Part shown: positions 11,499 through 24,385 of the stretch, one piece after another
How the letters are laid out: each line of letters starts with the position of its first letter
Numbering within the stretch: position 1 is the stretch's first letter
Assembly: GCA_002269645.1 (NCBI GenBank)
Contig: NIVC01001468.1
Span: forward strand, 89,870 to 153,869
Reading direction: 5' to 3'
Length of the DNA: 64,000 nucleotides
Source: Macrostomum lignano
Taxonomy: Eukaryota
Made by a program: the position numbers and the translations under genes
The notes under the pieces: model-generated
Seen by the model: only the letters and a program-made list of their open reading frames with translations
Told to the model about the DNA's origin: nothing
Databases searched by the model: none

Positions 11499-14400
11499 GT
11501 GACAATGGCACCGAACAGCTCCAAGGAAAACTCTGAGCCTAGAAAGCGAGACGCATTCAAAGTTGCTGCAAAACTCCAAAACTGCAGACAAGGCTTGATT
11601 GAGTCCAGGCCAGCCAATCTGATGAAGACACCACACACACACCAGAGTCGGCTTCCCGTCATCAGCTGGGCTGAGCGGAGAGAAGGGGAGCCACGCAGAC
11701 CCTGTCCAACTGTTACACGTCAGATGTGTCCCACCCTTGCCCTGTTGCCTTACCCCCCGCCCTCGCCAATGAGAGACAGCCCAGCGGAAGGTACTGCACT
11801 GCTGCTTGCTGCTGCCAGAAGCAGCTGAAGGGAGTGGAGATCGGATTGAAATACAAATCACGCGGAGTGGAGAGACAAAAAAAGAAATTTCTCAGCCCCT
11901 CCCCGGCAGCTTCTATCGGGGTCTCCCTTGAGCGAAGAGTAGCATTCATTGCCCAGCGCTAACTAGCTAAGCTCACTTCGCTCCTCTCCAGTGCTTCTCT
12001 CAAACTCCCCGCCCACCTGTTGCGCTGCCTCTTGTAAAAGTCATGTGCCAGGCAGAGAGCGCCAGCTACCAGAGGTTGCTGGACAAGAACCAGCAGCAGC
12101 ATCAACAGCCGCAGCAACAGCGCAGTTTCGACTCGGACAGCGCGTCAGCTGCCTTAACAGTCGGCGAAGACTCCGACTGCACAACCTCAATGGAAGAGGA
12201 GTTCACGGTGGTTGACGAGCTGGACACCTGCTCAACGACAGGTGAGTTGCTCTTTTCGTTTCTCTATATTCATTTCTCATCTTGGCGAGAATCGCAATCG
12301 AGAATCGAGAATCCGAGCGAGTACTGTGTCTACCAGAAATCAGCTATTATTGCTCTCTCGGTATGCTCCCCATCAAAAAAGGATTCCGCATTTACTGAGG
12401 CATCCCGCGGAGTGAGGCGGTGCCTGCGTTCGACACGACTGAGCGCCGCTGCGCGCTGCGTGACTTCGCTGAATTCGCTTTTACGACAATTCAAGCGCGC
12501 GCCCACTGGACCGCATCGGAGGGCAATCTCATTTTTTTCTCCTTCCTGGCTTGCCGTCTTGACTGGCCCGATGGAGCCCCCAGAAGTCGCTGTCAGTTGT
12601 TGTCTTTAAAGAAAATTTGCAAAAGTTTCAGCCGGAGTTGAGGAAGAAATCGATCAACACAAGCAGAAACTGTTGCAGACATTGTTTGAGAGGGAAAAAA
12701 GGCGAATTGCTTCAACAAGGATTTGCTTGAGTCGACACATAGAGAAAACTTTTTTAGTTGAAACACGGCGCCCACAGTTGAAATTTTCAAGTGGATGCCC
12801 CCCCCCCGGTTGCGGAAGAGCTCCAGTCATTGTTGCAGGCAGGTAGAAGCAGGTAGCGTTTGAGTAGCGCGGCGGAGGCCCCAAATCCTCCGTGGACTTA
12901 TGAATTATTAAATGACCTGATGGATCTGCGCGCATGAGGGCTCAAAAGCGTGGATGGGGGGGGTGGCGCCAACCCCCTCAGATGCCGATGCGGGACAACT
13001 GCTGCTGCACCGGAACGGGGCGGGAAAATTAATAGACAATCAAATATGAAATATAAATTGCCCAGCCTAGCAAATGGGAATTGGGGAGGGGAGACATTGA
13101 TAGGGAGGCCAAGTTTATTTTTTTAACTGTCAAAATTTTGAGGCTGGAAAAATTATCTCAAAAACGCTTAGATATTGGGCATTAAATATTCAAAACTTAA
13201 TGTCCACTTGTAGGCGGATGGGTCCCGTTTTTACAACAGGCATGCAAATTTATTTATTCAAAATTAGATGAAGTAAAGTTGCGCGTCACAACGGGCCGGC
13301 TCTCGTAAGGAGACCAGCTTTTGAAAGTAGATTTTGTACTTTAATTGAATGCCGCCATCTTTGCAGCTATAAATATAAATATATGAGACGGAGATATAAA
13401 TAATAGAGAGACGGAGAGTAGATTAGAGAGACGCTGAATAGATTAGAGAGACGCAGAGTAGATTAGAGAGATTCAGAGTAGATTTGAGAGATTCAGAGTA
13501 GATTTGAGAGACCGAGAGTAGATTAGACAGACTCAGAGTAGATTAAAGAGATGGAGAGTAGATTAAAAAGATGGAGAGTAGAGTAGAGGGATGGAGAGTA
13601 GATTAGAGAGACCGAGAGTAGATGAGAGAGACGGAGAGTAGATTAGAGAGATGGAGAGTAGATTAGAGAGACCGAGAGTAGATTAGAGAGATGGAGAGTA
13701 GATTAGAAAGATGGAGAGTAGATTAGAGAGACGCAGAGTAGATGAGAGAGATTCAGAGTAGATTAGAGAGACTCAGAGTAGATTAGAGAGACCGAGAGTA
13801 GATTAGACAGACTCAGAGTAGATGAAAGAGACCGAGAGTAGATTAAAGAGACCGAGAGTAGATGAGAGAGACGGAGAGTAGATTAGAGAGACCGAGAGTA
13901 GATTAGAGAGACGCAGAATAGATTAGAGAGAATCAGAGTAGATTAGAGAGACGCAGAGTAGATTAGAGAGATTCAGAGTAGATTATAGAGATGGAGAGTA
14001 GATTAGAGAAATGGAGAGTAGATTAGAGAGACCGAGAGTAGATTAGAGAGATGGAGAGTAGATTAGAAAGATGGAGAGTAGATTAGAGAGACGCAGAGTA
14101 GATGAGAGAGATTCAGAGTAGATTAGAGAGACTCAGAGTAGATTAGAGAGACCGAGAGTAGATTAGACAGACTCAGAGTAGATTAAAGAGACCGAGAGTA
14201 GATTAAAGAGACCGAGAGTAGATGAGAGAGACGGAGAGTAGATTAGAGAGATGGAGAGTAGATTAGAAAGATGGAGAGTAGATTAGAGAGACGCAGAGTA
14301 GATTAGAGAGACCGAGAGTAGATTAGAGAGACCGAGAGTAGATTAGAGAGATGGAGAGTAGATTAGAAAGATGGAGAGTAGATTAGAGAGACGCAGAGTA

Positions 14401-17400
14401 GATGAGACAGATTCAGAGTAGATTAGAGAGACCGAGAGTAGATTAGACAGACTCAGAGTAGATGAAAGAGACCGAGAGTAGATTAAAGAGACCGAGAGTA
14501 GATTGAAAAGATGGAGAGTAGATTAGAGAGACTCAGAGTAGATTAGAGAGACGCAGAGTAGATGAGAGAGATTCAGAGTAGATTAGAGAGACCGAGAGTA
14601 GATTAGAGAGACCGAGAGTAGATGAAATAGACCGAGAGTAGATTAAAGGGACCGAGAGTAGATGAGAGAGACGGAGAGTAGATTAGAGAGACCGAGAGTA
14701 GATTAAAGAGACCGTGAGTAGATTAAAGAGACCGAGAGTAGATGAGAGAGACCGAGAGTAGATTAGAGAGACCGAGAGTAGATTAGAGAGACCGAGAGTA
14801 GATTAGACAGACTCAGAGTAGATGAAAGAGACCGAGAGTAGATTAGACAGACTCAGAGTAGATGAAAGAGACCGAGAGTAGATGAGAGAGACGGAGAGTA
14901 GATTAAAGAGACCTAGAGTAGATGAGAGAGACGGTGAGTAGATTAAAGAAACCTAGAGTAGATGAGAGAGACGGAGAATAGATTAGAGAGACCGAGAGTA
15001 GATTAAAGAGACCGAGAGTAGATTAAAGAGACCGAGAGTAGATGATAGAGACGGAGAGTAGATTAGAGAGACCGAGAGTAGATTAGAGAGACCGAGAGTA
15101 GATTAGAGAGACCGAGAGTAGATTAGACAGACTCAGAGTAGATGAAAGAGACCGAGAGTAGATGAGAGAGACGGAGAGTAGATTAAAGAGACCTAGAGTA
15201 GATGAGAGAGACGGAGAGTAGATTAGAGAGACCGAGAGTAGATTAAAGAGACCGAGAGTAGATTAAAGAGACCGAGAGTAGATGAGAGAGACGGAGAGTA
15301 GATTAGAGAGACCGAGAGTAGATTAGAGAGACCGAGAGTAGATTAGAGAGACCGAGAGTAGATTAGACAGACTCAGAGTAGATGAAAGAGACCGAGAGTA
15401 GATGAGAGAGACGGAGAGTAGATTAAAGAGACCTAGAGTAGATGAGAGAGACGGAGAGTAGATTAGAGAGACCGAGAGTAGATTAAAGAGACCGAGAGTA
15501 GATTAAAGAGACCGAGAGTAGATTAAAGAGACCGAGAGTAGATTAGAGAGACGGAGAGTAGATGAAGACAAGAGATCAGTGAGACGCAGCGCACATGCGA
15601 GCGGGAAAGCACGAGTAGCACTGAGACACTATGCATGCATAGAATATGAACTGAAGCACAAACAGGCACAGGAAAGCAATATATATTCTTGAACAAAATG
15701 GTCAAACCAAGCATTTCGCGAAATGGTATTCTGGCAGATTTTGACTTGGATCCATCTGTGTGTGGCTGGCCTGGCCTACTGAATAGCTAGGAATATCTCA
15801 GCGAATTATCTTATACAAAATTTTTATGCTCATATCGGAAGCACCCGCGTTGGTTTACGATTAAAACGGTGCTTCCTCAATGCTCAGTTTTGTCTCTAGA
15901 ATTTCCCACCCAGTCAAGCCGATACGAAGGTAGGCAGAGCGGAAGCATTATCCCATTATTTTGTTTTCCACCCCAGCCCCCACCCGTATCGCCATTTCCG
16001 GTCAGATGGCTGAGTAGGGGTTTGAGAGAAAGAGAGGCAGCGGAAGTAGGTAGTGGTGAAGACAACGGCCAAACAGGATAAATAAATAACTCCCTCTTAA
16101 TTCCTGCTTAATTCCCTCCCGCTCGAACCCCCTCTCCGGTTACTTGCAGCGCCAGCGGTGGACGGGCAGCATCAGCCGGGAGAAGCGGACGAGGAGACAT
16201 CCGCCGCAGTAGCGGAAGCGGCGTCAGAGACATCAGGCAAGTCGCCGCCGCGGCAAGCCATGGAGTCCTCGGCCGCCGCGCCATCGAGTTCGCAGCAGGC
16301 GGCAGGCGGCGGCAGGCGGAACAGCAGGAAGAAGCAGCACCCGACGAAGAATCAACAGGCGACGGCGCCGTCAGCCGAGGCGGTGCTGCGCCAGTCGCTG
16401 CCGCACCACAACTGGTTTGAGCAGAAGCTGCAGAGCACCGGAGAGTCGCCGTCAGAAAACCGTCAGTTCCGCGTCTGCTATTCGACCTCGCCGGACGGCG
16501 ACCGGCGCCAAGTGCCGACTCTGCGAATTGTTGACGTCAGGCGGCTGGCCGAAGCTGCCAGGGAGGTCGGCAAGGAAGGCGACAGCTGCGACGCTGCAGA
16601 GGCGGAGGCTTGCGATGGAGACGCGGACGCGGATGAGGAAGAGGAGGAGGAGGACGGCGCGGAGGAGCAGGGCTTCATCCTGGGCGACAGTCCGTATTCG
16701 CCGAAAGCTGACAGGTGAATTACTAATATTCACACCTTGAAACTGGGACTTTTCTTTGAAGATTTTCATCTATTAATCTGGGTAAGTAATGGTTCTAATT
16801 ACCTCTAGCACCTTGTTCTCCCCCACATCGCGGATACTTCAGCAAGCCCGACAGACAGTCGCAGCAGGCGGTCCCGACAGCTCAGGCTCCGACGCCGCCG
16901 ACACCGCCGCCGCCGCCGCCGCCCGACGAAGCCGCGCCGGAGGAGAAGCGCCGGATTCGAAGCGGCCAGGACGCCGATGCCTACGAGAAGGCCCTGCCGT
17001 TGAAAAAGCGACGCCTCGTGCAGGACAGCGATAGCAAGGATCCGTCCACTCGGTCTCGTGAGTGCAGTAGGCTCGATTCGCTAATATTAGGTAACTGAGT
17101 AACTATTTATTTAGGCTGGGTTCGTCATCGTTAGTTTCCGGTACGGTTCCGGGTTTTCTTCCTAACTGAGGAGCCACACGAAGAGTTCATGACATCCATT
17201 TTTGATTAATTCTCGCAAAAACAGACGTCATCCAGATAAACCGGAACCGGATAAACGGAACCGGATAAACCATAACCGGATACAAACCGGAACCGGATAA
17301 ACCGGAACCGGATAAACCGGAACCGGATAAACCGGAACCGGATAAACCGGAACCGGATAAACTGGAACCGGATAAACCGGAACCGGATGAATCGGAGCTG

Positions 17401-20400
17401 GATAAACCGGAACCGGATGAATCGGAGCCGGATAAACCGGAACCGGATAAACCGGAACCAGACAAACCGGAACCGGATAAACCGGAACCGGATAAACCGG
17501 AACCGGATGAATCGGAGCCGGATAAACCGGAACCGGATAAACCGGAACCGGATGAATCGGAGCCGGATAAACCGGAACCGGATAAACCGGAACCGGATGA
17601 ACCGGAACCGGATAAACCGGAACCGGATAAACCGGAACCGGATAAACCGGAACCGGATAAACCGGAACCGGATAAACCGGAACCGGATTTTCAGACAGTG
17701 GCACTAGCATTCCAGACTTACGCTCGTGGACGGCCTCTCTTACTCTCCGAGCGCACACAGATACTGTGGGGTACTGAAAACGCACTCAGTTAGCCAAAGC
17801 CAAGCAAGAACAACAGGCAGCCACCCCGTTGTGTTCCGCTTACCCCAGGGATCGATTCTATTGAAGCGAATGCGAATAATAAGTATTAGCTTCGATAGCC
17901 ACTCAACGGAGAGAGTGCACATCGAACTGGGAGGCTATAAGCCCAGGACCAAAGATATCGGGATAAATCGATTTTTCCTAGGATCGCCCAAACTCGTTTC
18001 GCCGATCGATAATAAGCAATATAAGCGGCAGCGCTGATCCAGTCTGATATGCAGTTTACACAACAACTGCAAACAGGGACGGGGGCGCGCACAGCTGTCC
18101 AGCGAATGAATACTCACCCATTGTTGGGAGAACGGCTATTGTTGACTGGCATAAAAAACTACTCGGCTCTCCCAGCGGTTCGAAGAAAAGAACCATTGAT
18201 CCTCTTGACTTCTTCTTAGTCAGTAGGGACTGAAAAATGCAAGAATCCAACAGGCCTTTAAACATAAGTTTCAAAGACAAATTGCAATGTGCCCGGGGGA
18301 TTATTTCCTCACCTAGTTTTATCCCTGCACTCGCGCCTTTTTAGCGGGAAAGGATTGCAATAAGAAAAAAATTCTCCGCCAAACGAGCGGCTTTTCTATA
18401 TGACATTCAAAATAAATTTTCCCGGGAAAGGAACTTAACTGGACTCATTAAAATGACTGAAATTTTCCGTGATAGATAGGATTGGATGAAGCTGGGCGGA
18501 GGATCAAATCTAATGGCGTTGACCTTCTGTTCTCCTCAACCCGCCCCTCCCTGCCCAGCGTCACCGCAGCCCCTCCCGCTGATCAACCCCGCAGCGCCTC
18601 TGTCGCTGAGACGCAAGGAGGCGCCGGTGCTGGCCGTGCCGCCGGTTTGCCGCGACGGCGAGGACGAGGAAAATCCCGAGACTGCGGGGCAGCCGGGGAC
18701 GCCGGTGCCCGCCTTGGAGGGCGCCACGTCCAGAGCTGACCGGCCGGCCTCTGCTGTTGTCGAAGCCGCCGGCTTCAAAGACAACTCAGCCAGGCAAATC
18801 GTCGCCGGCGATTCGGCGTGCGGTTCGGCCGCCGTCGACGCCGCCGGGTCCCAGCAGCTGCAGACAGCACAGCCGACCCGGCCGTCAATAAAGACTCCAT
18901 CGCCGCCAACCCTGACGGTGCAGTCTGATGTCGGAAAGTCGGTGACCAAAACACTCTCGGCTGTTATCGCTGAAGCTGCCGAAGCGAGCTTGGGCGGCAG
19001 CGGCGGCAGCGGCGAAGGCGACGGCGGCGGTCCTCCGCAGCTGCAAAAGACAACTCAGGAAAAGCCAAAGCGGCCACAGAAGAGGCAGCAAAAGCAGCAA
19101 AAACGGCAACAGCTGCAACAACAAAGCAGCTTAACGCCCGAGGAACAACTGGCAACGCGTCAACAGAAAAGAAAGTACAACAAGCGCAAAGCAGCGGTCG
19201 CTGATTCTCCATCTGTCGACGGCGAAACTTTCGCGAGTAGCACAGCTGCCTATCTGCAGCAGGTGCAGCAGCATCTGCAGCATCATCAACAGAAGCAGAA
19301 ACAGCAGCAGCCGCAGCAGCCGCAGTCGCAGCAGCAACTTCTGCCTTACTGCTATCCACATCCGCAACAACAGCAGCAGCAGCGGCATCCTCAGCCTCAG
19401 CGGCAGCCGCTATCCATTGATTTAACCGAAGAGGAGAGAATGATGCAGCGCTGCGGAGTTCAGCATCCGATGTATCCCACCGGCGGCGTGCAGAATCAGC
19501 GCTTCAACTGCAGCACTGCCGTTTCACCTACCGGCTATCCGGCCCGAGAACCAGCCAGGTCCTTCCTGAGCCACACCGGACCGCCGGGGTTCGCTAAGCA
19601 GCATCAGCAGCAGGCTCACCCGTACGGCCAGCAGCAGAGCTATCAACATTCCTATTCGCACCTGCAGCGACAGCAGCCGCCGCCGCCACAGCCGCAGCGC
19701 CACATTCCAAGACAACAGTCGCAGTCGCCGGGTTCGCAGATTCCAGGCAACTTTGATTGGACAGGCACGCAGCAACTGACGCAAGGACCGACTACGTCAA
19801 AGCAGCCTCGGCGAGGCCCACCACCGCCGCCGCCGACCCCGCTGCCGCCGCCATCGCCGTTCCTGCCAGCGCATCCCATGACATCGCAGGCGGCTGCTGC
19901 GGCTGCGGCTGCTGTAGCTGCAGCAGCAGCGGCTGGTCCTACTGCACCCAGTCTGCCGCCTCCGCCACAAGCACAAATGTCTTCTCACGGCTATCCCTGG
20001 TCGCCACCGCCTCCTTACATGAACCAGCGCAATCGCCAGTCATCTGCTGCGGCGGCGGCGGCGGCAGCATCCAGTGGATCATTCCGCGGCGTGCCCTACG
20101 CAAACTACGGCGATGACCAGTCGAGCTGCTATTCGAGCCGCTACCACCAGATGCTGGACTATTCGCCCGTGGTCAAACCGCCCGGTCAGTCGCCAATGCC
20201 CGGACAAGGCTATGGCCGCTATATGCAGCCCCAATTGCCAGGCAGACATAACCAGCTGCAGCAGCACATGCGGCAGCAGCAGCAGGGTCAGCTCCAGGCT
20301 GCGCCACACTTGCCTCCCTCGTGGCTTGGACAGCAGCAGCACCAACAGCAGCTGGAGCAGGCTCATGCAACTGAAGCTGCCAATCGGCTGGCCCGCAAAG

Positions 20401-20720
20401 TGTCAGGCGGTGACCAGCCGGGCGGCAATCTGGTGTACCCGATGCCGCTGCGGGCCGGACAGAGAGCCTACCCGACGCCGCCGCCCCAGCTGTCCACAAC
20501 GCCGAAGCCGAAAACGCCGAAGGCTTTGAAGCAGAAACAGCAACAACAACAACATTTTCACGGACAACAGCGGGGCGAGCACTTGATGCAGTATCATCAT
20601 CAGCAGCAGCCTCAGCAGCACATTCCAGTGCCACAACGTGAAAACGCAGCCTCAGACATGATGCTGTACCAGCACGCAATGTATCCGCCCACCGATCTGA
20701 TAAGCCACCAGTTCGGCTAA
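11499..20720 (+). CDS. Multi-exon gene for a low-complexity Q/P/A/S-rich protein of about 1050-1150 aa (probably disordered and nuclear)
   Basis: Phase-consistent GT-AG model: [11499-11790, tentative] / 12041 (or 11992)-12241 / 16150-16714 / 16843-17057 / 18559-20720 (TAA). Junction phases 1,1,2,1 all match. Basic motifs ALPLKKRRL and KRKYNKRK; no globular domain recognised. The first exon is uncertain, and ATG 12043 could be the start. Confidence 0.75.
13390..15570. repeat. 20-bp purine-rich satellite (GAGAGTAGATTAGAGAGACC), about 108 copies, in intron 2 of the Q-rich gene
   Basis: The 20-bp register is kept for over 2 kb; variant units form higher-order blocks. Confidence 0.97.
17234..17688. 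repeat. 15-bp minisatellite (AACCGGAACCGGATA), about 30 copies
   Basis: Direct repeat. It generates the YPVPV/SGSGL/NRNRI ORFs. Confidence 0.95.
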
Positions 20721-21554
20721 TTCAACTCCAATATCACGGGGCACATGAAAGTTGAAAGACCATTTTAGTCAGGCTTTTTTAAAGCTTTTTTTGCTTTATG
20801 AAATTATTGTTGCTTCCGAGTAGTTTGTGCGTGGCAAACTGATGTTTTGTGTGTTTTCTGTACAACTGTCCCTTCGCCCCCTGCAGAACATATCCATTCT
20901 TGGAAACGACAGACTGTTGTTAAATTTTATTTAATAAATTGGACCCACCATGCCATTGATATCCGAAATTTCACTTTTTTTCCATAAACTGTTTGCTTTT
21001 TAAGGCCTCCTTTGGGTTCTGAACAATCAGAATTGAACTCCGCTTAAGAAATCCTTGTACTGAATAACACATTTTCAGGATTCCGCCTCCCTCTTTCTTG
21101 CAAATTGTATCATTTATCATTGTTGCTTGTATCATCCAAGCCCATGCCTTTTCTTCTTTTGTTTGTCTGAGAGGACGCGTTTCACCCCCATTATCCTGCA
21201 ATTCTATTGTCTAGCGCTGTTCCATGGATGCAGCTAAGCCATTGTCACAAATCCCAAGTTTTGTGAAGTCGTGAAAATACAACGCAGAATTCTCTTTTAG
21301 CATTATCGCAGCGGAAAGTAGCATAATTACTGTTGTTGTTCTACCAGGCAAAGCGGACCAAACTGCCTTGGAGCAACTGCTTCGGAATTGGTGAATCAGG
21401 AATGGCGTACTGTAGCTTAACCTGACAAAAGAATGAGAGACAATTGTTTTTTGGGGCTTTTAGTTGGAGAAAAAACAGCAGACCATGAAGAATCTTGTAT
21501 TCCTGCAGTTTCATATCTCTAGCTATAGATCTACATGTGGGCAAGCTGTGCCCC

Positions 21555-21975
21555 GGTAGCTACTTGTAACTCTACTCGCTAGTTACTCGTAACTCTACCA
21601 GCTACTCGTTAACTCTACCAGCTACTCGTAACTCTACCAGCTACTCGTTAACTCTACTAGCTACTCGTAACTCTACCAGCTACTCGTAACTCTACCAGCT
21701 ACTCATTAACTCTACCAGCTACTCGTTGACTCTACCAGCTACTCGTTGACTCTACCAGCTACTCGTTAACTCTACCAGCTACTCGTTAACTCTACCAGCT
21801 ACTCGTTAACTCTACCAGCTACTCGTTAACTCTACCAGCTACTCATTAACTCTACCAGCTACTCCTTGACTCTACCAACTACTCGTTAACTCTACCAGCT
21901 ACTCGTTAACTCTACTAGCTACTCGTAAATCTACCAGCTACTCGTTAACTCTACCAGTTACTCGTAACTCTACAA
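21555..21975. repeat. 20/21-bp minisatellite (AACTCTACCAGCTACTCGT[T])
   Basis: Direct tandem repeat, about 20 copies. Confidence 0.95.
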
Positions 21976-23345
21976 GTGTACAATAGGTTTTCCAGGATAG
22001 GACACATCCAGTACCAGTAATCAGTGGATGCTCGGGTTTCAATCAACGCCAAGAGATGTCGCATCCCTCTCTGCTTCGATTTGAGAACTTAAAAAACATT
22101 CAACACAAAAGATACTTGACTTTATGTTTGTAGAATATCAAGAATCCTGAGAAGCATACAGAATTTGCATGCAGGAAAACAACAGCCCACTCGGCTGCTG
22201 TCAAAGTGCGTCATAAAAATGCAATTATAAAAACGCTGAAAATTAAGAGAGAGAGAGAGAGAGAGAGAGCTAGAGTCGGGAGAGCCAGACAAAGTGATGC
22301 AGACACGGCAACTGACTCAAAAAGGCAAATAAAATTTAGGAAAAAATATTTCTGTGAGCGAGAGCACTCATGCATCCAGAATCCGATGAGGCGTGGCTCA
22401 AGTCTTTGTTTCTCGTTCAAGTTGGTAGGATTAAGTAATCTATTCATTCTGCTTTTTTGCTTCTGTAACCGGTCGAAATTTTTTAAAATATAAATGGAAT
22501 CCCCAGATAGATGTGCCCTGCTGGCATTCTCGAGTAAGTCACAGGCTGTTGAGTGCATAGTCTCTAGCATTGTCACACTTGAGCGAATCTGAATAGCCAT
22601 TGAGCCCAGGTCTGAAAGCAGGCTTCAGTCAGATGTTTATTGTAGTCGCATATGGCTCTGCTATTAAATTGAAAATTTAGCATGCAATGGCAAGTGAAAT
22701 TCATTTGCCATTTGCTTTGTCAAGCCGTTCATCAAGGATCTGTTCGGTTTAATCTTATAAATTCAAGATCCTCTACAGTGCCTACTGCAGTTGTTACTGC
22801 AAATTATTGCTTTTGTTGAGTGCAAAAACAAATAAATTCGGAATGTGAAATATGTAAACACAAATTTTAAAAGACAGAATTTTGTTTAAATAAAATTCCG
22901 CACTCAAATATTACGGTAAATAGTTGGCGTCAACAATTTCATGCCAAGAATGCCAGTGGGGATGCGACAGGCAGAGAAATGAGTTGCCAAAATCTGGCCC
23001 ACTTTTAGACAAATTAATTAATTAAATTACCCAGATTGCATTCCCAGTGAATTGATGCCATATTAAAAATTTGGCGAAATAAATTGCTCAGCTCGGCTGT
23101 AATGTCAACTATTGTACTCAATAAAAGCACGAGATAGCAATAGATGGACGCAAGGGTGCATGATACGCGGTACGGGTCCCTGCTGTGGTACGCTCTGGGT
23201 GTGCATTTCCCCCAAGGTGCTGTCATCCAGAGACCTGATGAGACGGGCTCGCGTTCCTTCAGGCCCTCAATAGAACTGCTGTTTCACAAAAGGAAGATCA
23301 TTTAAATCAGATTATAAGTACGAGTAATGCAACCAAACCATGCAT

Positions 23346-23626
23346 GGGGGGCGAAGCCCAGTGGTCAAGCACGGCGCTCTGATGTGCCAGCGGCCCAGGC
23401 TCGATTCCTAGTGCAGTCAATATTAATTTGGGGGTAATTTGGTATCTCGGCTCGTGCAAATTGACGCCTTTAAGGGCCAACCGCCATAGGCGCAGTTAAG
23501 TGTACATGCCTAACGATAAATAAAGTTAGGGCCGCTGTACACTCCTGTGTGAGTGTGTGCCTGTGCGTATGACTGCGAACGTATCCGCGCGCTTGTGTGC
23601 CTGCTCAGGGGAGTCGGCGGAATGGG
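23346..23626 (+). mobile_element. tRNA-derived SINE, copy 1
   Basis: Pol III A-box-like AGCCCAGTGG and B-box-like GGCTCGATTCC. About 280 bp clearly homologous to 54128-54412, and both copies end at GGCGGAATGGG. No TSD found. Confidence 0.75.
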
Positions 23627-24385
23627 CAGCAATGCCTCTCGCCGGTTGTGTGACAATGTCGCTTGAAGTGCGCCAGGGTGCACACAGCCCCCGGCCTCTA
23701 ATAAAGATCCAAACCATGCTTGTAAAACTCAACAGATGACTGATTGGCTCAGGCAATTAGCAATATAAAAACACGATATTGGTGACAAGAGTGGCATTTC
23801 CAGACCAGAAAAGTAGATGATGGGCCCAGGCAATTAGCAAGACAACAATAATAACACAAGGGCGGCATCAATCCAGACTGCCAGGAGGTCGATGTCACCT
23901 GGCAATGGACTGCCTAGCCATGCCAGCGGCAGCAAAAATCAAAGAAGCCAACATTTTGGGATCGGCGGTGCGTATCCGGATACGCAACAACCGGCAAAAG
24001 CCGCTACATCTTTGAGCAGCGTCCCTTTTCGCAGCAGCTAGCTAGCAAGTTGTCTACTATGCAAAAGGACGGCAGCAATGTAGCAGGAGGATTGTTTTCA
24101 GCTTCTTCTAGTTTCCATTTTAGGCTGATTATTCGGATACTTCGACTCTTGAAGATCGTGCAACGGCATGCCTGTTGGCAGACCATCTGCTTTGTTTTGT
24201 ATCAATATTCATGCAAAAATAATTGAAGGCTATAAAACAGACGAACATGTTAGTTTTTCCCTTATTCAGCAAACAGATGGCCATCAGAATGCATAAAAAG
24301 CAGCCATTGATATTTTTTGTTATTTCGCATACATTTATAATTATAGTCGTATAATATATTAGCAAATGCCAAGCCGCTCAAGAAG

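Larger units (their letters stand above)
17110..24100 (-). other. Putative multi-exon antisense gene (short AT-rich exons), product unknown
   Basis: Minus-strand exon-like segments bounded by pyrimidine-tract+AG and GT(A/G)AG: about 18230-18119 (SLLTKKK...LPTM), 17772-17721 (YPTVS...AVHE), about 21420-21345 (VKLQY...RFAW). ORF 22211-22600 also looks protein-like. I could not assemble a full model. Confidence 0.3.
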
